Below are positions 8,713 to 18,320 of a stretch of DNA of 64,000 nucleotides, piece after piece. The notes under the pieces are model-generated. The model saw nothing but the letters and a program-made list of their open reading frames with translations. It searched no databases and was not told the origin of the DNA. Position numbers and translations under genes: made by a program. This DNA comes from Candidatus Enterousia sp. (GTDB taxonomy: Bacteria > Pseudomonadota > Alphaproteobacteria > Rs-D84). Position 1 is the stretch's first letter; the number at the start of each line of letters is the position of its first letter. The DNA is taken from the NCBI GenBank assembly GCA_045606425.1, contig JAZURV010000004.1, forward strand, positions 46,353-110,352, written 5' to 3'.

Positions 8713-9195
8713 TTAGTCACCAGACGGATTATTAAAAGTCCAACCGACAAATATTTTCCCGTTTATGTGTTGCGCTTTCCGTGGTGTGCGGATATCACCA
8801 CCGTATGTCACACTGCCCGCGTCGTTTGCGTCAATATCAGATTGGTCTGCATGGTCCCAATTTATCGTTATGGTATTCGGTTCATAAACAGCAACCAAAC
8901 CCATCGGAAAATTAGCGGCACACGAATTATTCATGGTGGCGTCCGAAAAAGAATCGAAAATTACCCCCTGAAAATTATCTGGATTAAAATCAAATGTTCC
9001 GCCGGGGCACGTTCCGCCGGTCGGACACGCGACACAAGTGACAGCATTCGCAGGTAAAAATTGTCCACTTGCGCAAGTATAAGAATTTGGTTCATACACC
9101 GCATAATAATCAGGAACATCTGTATCACACATCATATCTGCAAACACAGATTGCGTTATAATTACCGCCGATAAAAACACATAAATTTTTTTCAT
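8713..9195 (-). CDS. Cys-rich secreted protein with conserved C-terminal B-repeat (Listeria/Bacteroides repeat-like) domain
   Basis: Signal peptide MKKIYVFLSAVIITQSVFA, CxxC-rich middle, and C-terminus ITINW..DIDANDAGSVTYGGDIRTPRKA.H..GK.FVGWTFN shared with three other genes. Confidence 0.75.
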   Translation of the reverse strand: MKKIYVFLSAVIITQSVFADMMCDTDVPDYYAVYEPNSYTCASGQFLPANAVTCVACPTGGTCPGGTFDFNPDNFQGVIFDSFSDATMNNSCAANFPMGLVAVYEPNTITINWDHADQSDIDANDAGSVTYGGDIRTPRKAQHINGKIFVGWTFNNPSGD

Positions 9196-9977
9196 TGTAA
9201 ATCGCCAATCTCTGGTCCCGCAACAAATGTACCTGTACCGGCGTTCGTGAAGAACTGACCAGATACAGTGTCATACATACCAACGACATTGTCGAACTGA
9301 CGGCGCGCCGGAATACCATTAAATACCAATGTACCAGACGAATTTCTTATCCAAACACTATACATCTGTGCAGAAACTTTTTGAATTGCGGAAACATTAC
9401 TATTATTCGCAAACAAATATAATTTCAGTCGATTATCACTAATACCACTTTGTTGAGTAAAGGTTTTTGTAACACCATCTATATTTAGCGTAACATTGTT
9501 ATTATTATCAACTATTGTATGGATTGTGTGTTTGACGTTATTAGCAACCTCCCCCAGATTTGAATAACTGCTAGATGTTGAATTATAAAAGCTTAATACG
9601 CCAGAGCCATAATAATAATAAGTTTGACGCAAATTATAACTAGCACTAGTATCTTGACACCCCATTAATGACACATCATTTGCACCGTTTGTTTTTTTAA
9701 AATTTATAAACACTTCGCTTGCCAGTTTATCCAATATGACGCCCGTATCGATATACTGTGTACCTGTACTTTCAATGTATTCCAGTTTGGTGTAGCCTGA
9801 TTCCCATCTGACAAAATGATAGCCTGTTTTTGCTGGGGCGGTTGGCGGAGTTATATTGTCACCAGATTGACAACTGGTTGTTGATACAACCTGTCCGTTC
9901 GCATACCAATTTATCGTGTGTGCAATTGCGCCGGCACATATAAACATCGCAAATAAAAACATCAAGATTTTTTTCAT
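9192..9977 (-). CDS. secreted protein: N-terminal B-repeat domain plus conserved ~190-aa C-terminal domain (LEYIESTGTQYIDTG ... GMYDTVSGQFFTNAGTGTF)
   Basis: Paralog of 44619..45410. Has the GYHFVRW B-repeat signature. ATGA overlap with the downstream gene. Confidence 0.7.
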   Translation of the reverse strand: MKKILMFLFAMFICAGAIAHTINWYANGQVVSTTSCQSGDNITPPTAPAKTGYHFVRWESGYTKLEYIESTGTQYIDTGVILDKLASEVFINFKKTNGANDVSLMGCQDTSASYNLRQTYYYYGSGVLSFYNSTSSSYSNLGEVANNVKHTIHTIVDNNNNVTLNIDGVTKTFTQQSGISDNRLKLYLFANNSNVSAIQKVSAQMYSVWIRNSSGTLVFNGIPARRQFDNVVGMYDTVSGQFFTNAGTGTFVAGPEIGDLQ

Positions 9978-10001
9978 TTCTTCCCCTATTTCAAATTATC
10001 A

Positions 10002-10180
10002 AAAAACCACCGGAAAAATTCAGGCGGTTGGAGGCTCAAAACAATTCAAATAGGAAATTGCGTGCTTATTTATGTATATCGCAACCCTCCAACCTAGGTT
10101 GGAGAACTTTTCGCTCTGGTCTTTCAGAACGCCTATTTGTTCTGGGTTTTGAGTCCCATCGACAAAACTCTTGCCGACAT
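10002..10180 (-). promoter_or_regulatory. structured 5' leader RNA L1 with intrinsic terminator (family of four)
   Basis: -10 TAAAAT at 10185-10190. Covarying helices are shared with L2-L4. Terminator AACCGCC-loop-GGTGGTT-T6 lies 24 nt before the ATG at 9977. Confidence 0.7.
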
Positions 10181-10267
10181 AGACATTTTATCAAACATAT
10201 AAAAATAATGAAAGAAAAAAAATTTTTAAACAAACACCACCCAATCTGGTGGCATATTTCATAAAAC

Positions 10268-10299
10268 AAATTAAATAGAATTGTTTAGATGCGAAGTTG
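10268..10299. repeat. 32-nt direct repeat, copy 2
   Basis: Identical to 8623..8654. It is followed by a long imperfect hairpin (GTTGTCAGT ... ACTGACAAC, 10296-10343). Confidence 0.9.
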
Positions 10300-10369
10300 T
10301 CAGTAAGCGTAGTGTAGTTGACCTACATGAGCGAACTGACAACCAGCAGATAAATAATTATATTTAATT

Positions 10370-11968
10370 TTAGTTCAGTGGGGCGCCCCAATGCTGTTGA
10401 ATACTGCGTTCTGCGTCCATCGGGCTGACCAAAACTTGCGGTGTCAAGATAACAACCAAAACTTCACGCGATGCGGCGGTTTCGCGCGAACCAGACAATG
10501 CCATAAAGTCTGCGTCGCCAAGGCCATATCTGGTATCATCATTCTTTTGTTTTTCAAACCCAGACACAACTAACATTTGACCAGATTCCATGATGACTTC
10601 CTGCATGAATGAACGTTCTTCAACCTCTGGCAATTGCAGTGTGACTGCACCAATTGTTTGTGTTGACATTTTCAACAATTCGCGCACAGACATTTTGAAC
10701 AACAGCAATATTTTCCCGTTTTCCAAAACATTTGGCAATAATTGCATTGAAAAACCTGTTTCCAAATCGTCTTGGTCAACCGTACTGGATTCAACAGTTG
10801 TAAATGTACGCGATTCGAATCGTTTGATGTAACCTGTTGATTTTGTGTTTGTCACAGGTGCGACACGATTATTACGCGTCGTGACGCCAACATTTGTGAC
10901 CAACGATACCTTGCCCTGCTTTGCCAATGCCTCTATCAGCGCATTGGACCCCGCCAGACGCGACATAGACCCGTTACGAATTTGGTCTTCGGTATATGTG
11001 CCGGCAATCCCTGTTGCCGCTTCGGCTACCTTGTTAGACAACACTGCGATATTCATTGACGAAGCCTCTGTCGATGCCAAATTGTTCTTTGGGTTTGCAA
11101 CAATGTTCAACCCAGACGCAGAATTTATCGCTGCCGCCAGATTCAACCCGAACGCCGATTCGTTTGACAAAGACACCTGTAATACCTTCACATCTATCGT
11201 CACCAATTGTGACAATCTTTTGTTTTGTTTTGTGATATATTCGCCAACACGATTCAGTACAGATGGCGACGCAGTCACAGTAATTGTCCCCAAACTGCGT
11301 GACACTGTAAATTGAGCATTCTTAGAATTATTTATAATAGAATTTATGGTTGCTTCGACTTCGTCCCATTCTTTCAGTGTAGATTCCAACGAAACCTGGT
11401 TTCCTGAATCAGTTTGCACAGACGACTGATACGACACATCTGTCCCCAGCGCATATAATGTATAAGTACGCGTTTCTGTTTCATAGAAAACAATTGAATC
11501 TTTGTCATAATACCACAACAAATCCAAATCTGTCGCAATTTGTGACAGCAATCCCGACAATTTACCAGTATATGCAACATCAACTGTCTTTCTTAATTTT
11601 TCAGCATCGACCTGGCTGTCGATTTTCACAGGGATACCAGTTATTGAATTTATATCGTTCGCCAACACCTGCAAAGTGACTGGTTCGTTTAACAAAATAG
11701 TCACCCCCGTATCGGTTTCGAATTTTGATGGCAAATTATTTTTGTGTTCCAACAAAGTGGATTTGTTTCCCAACCAAACACCTTCGGACATGGAAACAGT
11801 GTCACTGCTGGTGACCTTGGCCGGTGGATTCTTTGCCATTTCGAATGCTTCGTATGCATTGACAAAGTTTTTATCAACCGTTGCAGACACCTTGGCTGAT
11901 TCTTTCAATGTGCACCCAGTCAGTGCAACAATCAAGCCTATTAAACAGATATTAAAACGAATTTTCAT
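10370..11968 (-). CDS. secretin-family outer-membrane lipoprotein, PilN (type IVb pilus / R64)-like
   Basis: Lipobox LIVALTGC. C-terminal secretin domain: LLPNVLENGKILL..LPEVEERSFMQEVIMESGQMLVVSGF..REVLVVILTPQVL. Confidence 0.7.
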   Translation of the reverse strand: MKIRFNICLIGLIVALTGCTLKESAKVSATVDKNFVNAYEAFEMAKNPPAKVTSSDTVSMSEGVWLGNKSTLLEHKNNLPSKFETDTGVTILLNEPVTLQVLANDINSITGIPVKIDSQVDAEKLRKTVDVAYTGKLSGLLSQIATDLDLLWYYDKDSIVFYETETRTYTLYALGTDVSYQSSVQTDSGNQVSLESTLKEWDEVEATINSIINNSKNAQFTVSRSLGTITVTASPSVLNRVGEYITKQNKRLSQLVTIDVKVLQVSLSNESAFGLNLAAAINSASGLNIVANPKNNLASTEASSMNIAVLSNKVAEAATGIAGTYTEDQIRNGSMSRLAGSNALIEALAKQGKVSLVTNVGVTTRNNRVAPVTNTKSTGYIKRFESRTFTTVESSTVDQDDLETGFSMQLLPNVLENGKILLLFKMSVRELLKMSTQTIGAVTLQLPEVEERSFMQEVIMESGQMLVVSGFEKQKNDDTRYGLGDADFMALSGSRETAASREVLVVILTPQVLVSPMDAERSIQQHWGAPLN

Positions 11969-11998
11969 ATTTGTTCCCTCGTCCTTAAAAAAATTAAA

Positions 11999-12886
11999 TT
12001 ATTCTTCTGTGGTTGAAACAACCAAAACACGATTTCCCTTGTAAAACTTTGCATACGGGACAGGTGTTGCGCGTCCAAAATTGCGCACCAATGCCGACGC
12101 CACATCAACAAAGCGTCCCTTGAATACCGCGCTGGCCTCTATTGGATATTCACGCGAAGTTGTCCACACTAAATCCCAACCTTCTTTGTCACACCAAGAC
12201 TGCAAAACCTGACGCAAAGTTTGACCGTTTGCAACAACCCACGAACGAACCTGGTCTTGAACCTTTGCCCCGGCTTCTTCATCAGTGTATTCGTTTACTG
12301 CAACCTCTGTATCCGCGGCATCAGATTTATTGCATGACGCTTCGGCACTGAACCCAGCCTTTTGCGCGAACATGGCATAATCATCTGCGCCCTGATTACA
12401 ATTTTTACGACCACTGCGCGACATAGCCAGAACACTGCCACCATCATCTTCCATCATTTCACGGCGCATCAGTGGCATTTCCGCGTTATTTGCACATTCA
12501 TAATCAAAACCAGCAGGAATCTGAATGCCATTAGAAATGTTTGGACCACCACTCCAACCCGTGCCATTTGTGATAATATTATTTTCAATACGCAACCCAT
12601 TACCAGTTTTTGCAACAACCATCGCATCGTTTTTCTTGCAGCCTAATTCGCCGCACGCGATTTCAACATCAGCGTCAGTCCCCGCCAATGGCCACACAGG
12701 AACATCCTGTTGTACAACTGTGTTTTCTTCGTATTCGTATTCTGGGGATTCGATTTCTTCTGTATATTCTTCTTCGCCAGAATCATAAAAAACCTCAGAA
12801 GTTGTAATCTGTGGAATTCTTTGTGCAGCCCCAGCAACGCCAACCAGGCCTGCAACCGCCATAAACACGCATAATTTGTGGAACAT
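11999..12886 (-). CDS. TcpQ/PilL-like domain protein (secretin-associated)
   Basis: Signal peptide. C-terminal region W.VANGQTLRQVLQSWCDKEGWDLVW...FKGRFVDVASALVRNF...AKFYKGNRVLVV resembles the TcpQ domain. Confidence 0.6.
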   Translation of the reverse strand: MFHKLCVFMAVAGLVGVAGAAQRIPQITTSEVFYDSGEEEYTEEIESPEYEYEENTVVQQDVPVWPLAGTDADVEIACGELGCKKNDAMVVAKTGNGLRIENNIITNGTGWSGGPNISNGIQIPAGFDYECANNAEMPLMRREMMEDDGGSVLAMSRSGRKNCNQGADDYAMFAQKAGFSAEASCNKSDAADTEVAVNEYTDEEAGAKVQDQVRSWVVANGQTLRQVLQSWCDKEGWDLVWTTSREYPIEASAVFKGRFVDVASALVRNFGRATPVPYAKFYKGNRVLVVSTTEE

Positions 12887-13055
12887 TTTTATCCTTTCCT
12901 TTATTTATTATGTATAATTATAACAATTTGACCGAATCTGTGCAAGACCTAAAAACACAAATTTAACAAAAAAAATAAATTCGCATAAAAAATCACGCGA
13001 ATCGGAAAAAAACATGTTATACTTACTGTCAGAAAACTTTAATTTGGGGTAAAAA

Positions 13056-13598
13056 ATGACAAATACAACCATGCTGATTTTGATGATACTTTGTACTGCA
13101 TTATGCGTCTGTTCTGTATTGTTTGCGATTATAACAAACAAAAACATAAAACAAATGAACAAAACGCTTACTTTTCAATACAATTTGATGGTAAAGATGC
13201 AAAATGTAATAAAAAACAAATTTTCAGTAAACGAAACGACAGACAAAGCAGAAATAATATATCAAGACCTGTTGCAAGACCTTATCCCAATCATGGCGAC
13301 AATGGATGTTATGCCGCGCCAGACATCTGAACATCCGCTGTGGCGTGCATTGGGCGGGATAATGGACGAATACGCAAAAAATCCTTTCGTTTTGGAAAAA
13401 TTGCGTCGCGCGATAAAACTGGATTCGAATATAGCCCACAATGTTGGACATTACCTAAATCGCGCAAACATGTTTTTACAGCACATGGCAACCACTGACA
13501 CAGATGGAATATTATCAACAACATTTACAGACGGACTGCTGGGACAATCTTTGACATTTTTTGCCCAGGCCCAGGCATTGGCAGCCACAGACAAATGA
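13056..13598 (+). CDS. hypothetical membrane-anchored protein
   Basis: N-terminal TM helix. 4-nt overlap with sufB suggests co-transcription. Confidence 0.5.
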   Translation: MTNTTMLILMILCTALCVCSVLFAIITNKNIKQMNKTLTFQYNLMVKMQNVIKNKFSVNETTDKAEIIYQDLLQDLIPIMATMDVMPRQTSEHPLWRALGGIMDEYAKNPFVLEKLRRAIKLDSNIAHNVGHYLNRANMFLQHMATTDTDGILSTTFTDGLLGQSLTFFAQAQALAATDK

Positions 13599-14935
13599 AA
13601 ATATTAAACAAAGAACTTGTACAAAACATATCGAAACAACGCAACGAACCAGAATGGCTGTTGCAATGGCGACTTAGCGCGTTTGAAAAATGGCAGAAAA
13701 TGACTGAACCTCACTGGGCAGAAATCGACTATGCGCCAATAGATTATGATTCTTTAAACTATTACAACAAACAACAAAAGATTGACAATTCTGACCTGAA
13801 AAAAACATACGAAAAAATGGGACTGCCAGAATCCGAACAGCGCGCACTGATGGGCATGGCAACCGATACTGTCATTGACAGTCAATCAGTACACACATCA
13901 TACAGCGACGAATTAAATAAACTGGGGATAATATTTTTACCGTTTTCCGAAGCGGTTATTCAATATCCAGATTTGGTAAAAAAATATCTGGGAACCGTCG
14001 TCCCAAATGACGACAATTTCTTTGCAGCCTTGAACGCCGCAGTATTTTCAGACGGAACATTTGTTTATATTCCCAAAAATACAAAATGCCCCATAGATTT
14101 GGCCAGTTATTTCAGAATTGAAACCGCAAAAATCGGTCAATTCGAACGCACTTTAATTATCGCAGAATCTGGTTCTTCGTTGTCTTATATGGAAGGCTGC
14201 AGCGCCCCGCGACGCCCCAACCACCAACTGCACAGCGGTATCGTAGAAATAATTGTTTTTGATAATGCCACGGTAAAATATTCAACCGTACAGAACTGGT
14301 ATGCGGGGGATTCTGCCGTATACAGCGATTCTGACAATTCCAAAAATGGCATATTAAATTTTGTGACAAAACGCGGAAAATGTTTCAAAAATGCGTCACT
14401 TGATTGGACCCAGGTTGAAATTGGTTCTGCGATGACATGGAAATACCCATCAACAATTTTACAGGGCGACAATTCGCACAGTGATTTTTATTCACTTTCC
14501 ATTACGCGCGGAACACAACAGGCAGATACCGGAACAAAAATGATTCACATTGGCAACAACACTAAATCGAACATAGTTTCCTATGGCGTGGCATCTGATT
14601 ATTCGCGTCAAACATTTCGCAGTCTGGTTTCGTTTTCCGGTGAACATGGGAAAAATTCTTGTAAATGCGACAGTCGCCTGATTGGCAATAACGCAATCGC
14701 AAACACAATTCCAACAGTTATTCATACGAATGCAAAAAACGAACAATCACACGAAGCGACAACAGGCGCAATTGACGAAAAATCTTTGCGATTCTTGATG
14801 CAAAGTGGTATAGACGAAGACGAAGCAATTGCACTGTTGGTTGGTGCAGATGCTGCCCCTATAATTTCCAGATTACCAATGGAATTTCTGGTCGAATCAA
14901 AACAACTGATACAAATGGCACTAAAAAAAGAATAG
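13595..14935 (+). CDS. sufB: Fe-S cluster assembly protein SufB
   Basis: Typical SufB beta-helix core (FERTLIIAESGSSLSYMEGCSAP, GTKMIHIG, HEATTG). Confidence 0.9.
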   Translation: MKILNKELVQNISKQRNEPEWLLQWRLSAFEKWQKMTEPHWAEIDYAPIDYDSLNYYNKQQKIDNSDLKKTYEKMGLPESEQRALMGMATDTVIDSQSVHTSYSDELNKLGIIFLPFSEAVIQYPDLVKKYLGTVVPNDDNFFAALNAAVFSDGTFVYIPKNTKCPIDLASYFRIETAKIGQFERTLIIAESGSSLSYMEGCSAPRRPNHQLHSGIVEIIVFDNATVKYSTVQNWYAGDSAVYSDSDNSKNGILNFVTKRGKCFKNASLDWTQVEIGSAMTWKYPSTILQGDNSHSDFYSLSITRGTQQADTGTKMIHIGNNTKSNIVSYGVASDYSRQTFRSLVSFSGEHGKNSCKCDSRLIGNNAIANTIPTVIHTNAKNEQSHEATTGAIDEKSLRFLMQSGIDEDEAIALLVGADAAPIISRLPMEFLVESKQLIQMALKKE

Positions 14936-14938
14936 ACA

Positions 14939-15616
14939 ATGTTAGAAATAAAAAATCTTTGTGTTGAAATGAACAACAAACCATTACTGACAGATATAAA
15001 TATAATCATATCTGACGGTACACGACACAGACTGGCAGGACATAATGGTTCTGGGAAATCAACACTGGTAAACACAATTGCAGGCGATTCAAATTATAAT
15101 GTCACCCACGGACAAATTATATTTGATGGCGTTGACATAACGCATGAAAACGCGACAACGCGCGCACTGATGGGGATATTTCTGGGCGCACAAAATGTTC
15201 CAGAAATTCCGGGGCTTACGGTTCTCAGTTTCCTTAAACATTCAATGATTGCACACACACATTTCAACACTGGCAAAGATTTATCCATGGGTGAATTTTT
15301 GGAAAAACTGGAAAATGCACGTGAACAATTGAACATTCCAAAAGAATGGTTAAATCGATATGTAAATGTTGGTTTTTCAGGCGGCGAAAGGAAACGTTTA
15401 ATGTTATTGCGTTTAATTTTAACCAAACCAAAATTGGCGATTCTGGACGAACCAGATTCTGGGGCAGATGCTGATACACAACAGCAAATTATTGACACTA
15501 TAAACAACCTGCCAGACACTGCGTTTTTATTCATTTCGCACCAAAACACATTTGCAAATAAAATAAAAACTTCCCAAACAACCACTTTGGATAATGGCAA
15601 AATTGTGATACAATAG
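14939..15616 (+). CDS. sufC: Fe-S cluster assembly ATPase SufC
   Basis: ABC ATPase: Walker A GHNGSGKST, signature FSGGERKR, Walker B LAILDEPDSG. Confidence 0.9.
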   Translation: MLEIKNLCVEMNNKPLLTDINIIISDGTRHRLAGHNGSGKSTLVNTIAGDSNYNVTHGQIIFDGVDITHENATTRALMGIFLGAQNVPEIPGLTVLSFLKHSMIAHTHFNTGKDLSMGEFLEKLENAREQLNIPKEWLNRYVNVGFSGGERKRLMLLRLILTKPKLAILDEPDSGADADTQQQIIDTINNLPDTAFLFISHQNTFANKIKTSQTTTLDNGKIVIQ

Positions 15617-15643
15617 AAACAGACAAAACCAAAAGGATAAAAA

Positions 15644-16474
15644 ATGAAAAATACACCACAATTAAAACAATGGCTGTTAAACAAACCGGCTGTGTTTGCT
15701 TTAATGTTTTTTTGTCTTCTGACTGGACTGACGCTAGTTTATTTTTTTGTTGTATCGCTTTTACATTTTGAAACATTGACGCCTTTGTATTTCATATTAT
15801 TTTTGTCTTTTGTATATTCTGCATATTATATGATAAAGAAATTACCGCACGATAAAATGCCACAAAATGATTTTATCGCGATAACAAATGGTTCTGCTAT
15901 CATTTCAATTATATCATCTATTATCGCACTGGCAGTATTTGGAATATACGGTCCTGTATTTCAGCATAAAATGATGATAATGTATTTATCCAGCCCAATT
16001 TTATTTGGTATAATCGCATTTATCATCAGTTTAATTTCTTTGTATGTCCTGGGTGTCGCGATATCTGGTCTTTACGCGAAATACAAACGCGCTACAACCA
16101 TCGGAATTTCGCCATGGCGTGTTATTCTGTCAATGCCTTTTGCATTTTTGCTGACATGGGTACCAGGATATTTAATAGAAGAAAAAAACAAAAAATCAAA
16201 TTTGGTTATCAAATCGAAATTATATAACAGATTTAATAATTGGGTTTTATCCAGTTTTTCGAATATCTTGTTTGTGTTTTTGTTTTTAACATTTACGCGG
16301 GCGGTTATCGCGGGTATTCCAACACTGATATTGACAGCCGCGCTTTTGGTGCTTTACGCATTGTGGTATAAAAAACACAAATCAGATTTTATCAAAAACA
16401 TAAATAACGGATACGCGTTGACCAGTATTGGGATAAACATAGCGTTTATCATTTCAGTACTGCTGTTATCATAA
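15644..16474 (+). CDS. polytopic membrane protein, unknown function
   Basis: Multiple hydrophobic helices; no recognised motif. Confidence 0.5.
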   Translation: MKNTPQLKQWLLNKPAVFALMFFCLLTGLTLVYFFVVSLLHFETLTPLYFILFLSFVYSAYYMIKKLPHDKMPQNDFIAITNGSAIISIISSIIALAVFGIYGPVFQHKMMIMYLSSPILFGIIAFIISLISLYVLGVAISGLYAKYKRATTIGISPWRVILSMPFAFLLTWVPGYLIEEKNKKSNLVIKSKLYNRFNNWVLSSFSNILFVFLFLTFTRAVIAGIPTLILTAALLVLYALWYKKHKSDFIKNINNGYALTSIGINIAFIISVLLLS

Positions 16475-16488
16475 CCAAAGGAATAAAT

Positions 16489-17532
16489 ATGCATAATCTG
16501 ATATTTTTCATCGCACTGATATTTTGCCTGTGGATTGGTCGTTCGATATTTATACCATTGTTGTTCGCGACATTTTTGTGGTATTTGCTGAATGCAATCG
16601 CCGCGTATTACAGACGCATCATGCCATGTTATAAATCAGATTATTGCAATATTTATATAACAAAATTCTATACAATTCTGTCCATAATCCTGTCATTTGT
16701 CAGTGTGTTTGGGGCAATATATTTATTTGCGACCCAAATCAGACCTATGTTATCAGAACTGTATAATGCCACACCAATATTACAGGAAAAATTGTTGGTA
16801 TTTTCAAATTATATTTCAAAGAAAGTCGGCATTGACATCGACATTCATTTGATACCGAACCTGCCAGAAATTGCCGGATACATTGGTTCATCATTGGCAG
16901 GTCTGGCGACATCTACTGGTATGGTCTTGATATATCTGATATTCATGTTTGTCGAACAAAGTTCATTTAACAAAAAAATTGACGCGATGCCTTTATCAAA
17001 ATTGAAATCAAAGAAATTGCGTTATATCTTGACCAGCATTGACGAAAACATGAAGAAATATTTATTCACAAAAACATTTATTTCTGCCGCAACAGGTTTA
17101 TGTGCCTATATATTGTTGCACTTTATCGGGCTGGAATACGCGTCAGTTTGGGCGTTTATAATATTTATATTGAATTACATACCGACAATCGGTTCAATAT
17201 TGGCGTGCGCACTGCCAATTGCATATGCGCTTATCAGTGGCAACACATGGCACCTGCCTGTATTTACTGCCATTTCTTTAATTGGTTTGGAAATAATTTT
17301 TGGGAATATACTAGACCCAAAATTAACAGGAAAAACATTAAACATATCGACATTGGCGATACTGATAAACCTGGTCTTTTGGGGAATGATTTGGGGACCG
17401 GCAGGAATGTTTTTCAGTGTTCCAATTCTGGTGGCAGTCTATATCACAACCGCCCAATTTTCATCAACCCGTTGGTTTGCGACACTGTTATCCAGTGATG
17501 GCAAAATACCAGATGAAACACAAAGCGATTAA
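16489..17532 (+). CDS. AI-2E family transporter (PerM/UPF0118)
   Basis: NYIPTIGSI, FGNILDPKL and GMFFSVP motifs. Confidence 0.8.
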   Translation: MHNLIFFIALIFCLWIGRSIFIPLLFATFLWYLLNAIAAYYRRIMPCYKSDYCNIYITKFYTILSIILSFVSVFGAIYLFATQIRPMLSELYNATPILQEKLLVFSNYISKKVGIDIDIHLIPNLPEIAGYIGSSLAGLATSTGMVLIYLIFMFVEQSSFNKKIDAMPLSKLKSKKLRYILTSIDENMKKYLFTKTFISAATGLCAYILLHFIGLEYASVWAFIIFILNYIPTIGSILACALPIAYALISGNTWHLPVFTAISLIGLEIIFGNILDPKLTGKTLNISTLAILINLVFWGMIWGPAGMFFSVPILVAVYITTAQFSSTRWFATLLSSDGKIPDETQSD

Positions 17533-17975
17533 ATCCGCTTTAACATAGCGATTGCATTTTCCAGGATTATTTTTGCAGATACAGAATCCAATTCTGATTT
17601 GATTTTGGCGATACTTTTTCGCCCTATTTCTTCCTGGGCGGCACTGCTGGTCAGGTTTTCTTCGATGAAAATGATTGGCAAATCTGTTTGTTTTGACAAA
17701 GAATCCGCAAATTCACGAACCATTTTCGTGGTATCAGATTCACAGCCGTCTGAATACAGCGGCAAACCGATAACAATTCCGACAGCTTTCTCTTCGCTGA
17801 TGATACCACACACCTTTTGAATCAGTTCCGTCTGTGATTTGATATAAAGTTGCGGCCGGACAAAGACAAAACCACGATTTTCATCACTTATCGCGACGCC
17901 GCATCGACGCAGCCCCCAATCGATACCAATTATGCGCCCATCGCGCGGAAAATCCTTGTAATCAGATAAAATCAT
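17529..17975 (-). CDS. ruvX: Holliday junction resolvase-like protein RuvX/YqgF
   Basis: IIGIDWGLRRCGVAISD N-terminus and LTS..A motif. Confidence 0.85.
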   Translation of the reverse strand: MILSDYKDFPRDGRIIGIDWGLRRCGVAISDENRGFVFVRPQLYIKSQTELIQKVCGIISEEKAVGIVIGLPLYSDGCESDTTKMVREFADSLSKQTDLPIIFIEENLTSSAAQEEIGRKSIAKIKSELDSVSAKIILENAIAMLKRI

Positions 17976-18012
17976 TGTATAATTGCCTCTGGTTTAAATA
18001 ATAGGATTCAAA

Positions 18013-18306
18013 ATGGCATTTAGCAAGCAACAATTACATAAATTCGCAGATTTAATCAGAATTGATATATCTGACGAAAAATTAGAAAAAATGAACATTG
18101 ACGGCGTTATCGAATGGCTGGACAAATTGCAACAAATTGACACAACTGGTGTAAAACCGATGATAAGCCCGGCTGAACATAAATTACCACTGCGCGAAGA
18201 TATTGTGACCGAACCAAATATGCGTGACAAAATATTGGCAAACGACCCAGACAAAACAGGGGTATCACGCGGATATTTTGCCGTACCAAAGGTTATGGAT
18301 GAATAA
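18013..18306 (+). CDS. gatC: Asp/Glu-tRNA amidotransferase subunit C
   Basis: 97-aa GatC-like protein (LA.L.RI.ISDE...). Confidence 0.85.
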   Translation: MAFSKQQLHKFADLIRIDISDEKLEKMNIDGVIEWLDKLQQIDTTGVKPMISPAEHKLPLREDIVTEPNMRDKILANDPDKTGVSRGYFAVPKVMDE

Positions 18307-18320
18307 AGAGCAAACATAAA

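Noticed and set aside
10002-10040. RfaH ops-like element, because of GGCGGT on the plus strand
   Set aside because: The genes are on the minus strand, so the non-template strand reads CCAACCGCC, which does not match the ops consensus GGCGGTAGNNTG.
10002-10180. Leader-peptide (ribosome-mediated) attenuation through the conserved ATGGG in the leaders
   Set aside because: The short frames starting at ATGGG differ completely in length and sequence between copies (8, 12, 16 and more than 40 codons), and L4 lacks an SD. The conservation is better explained by RNA structure. This is not fully excluded.
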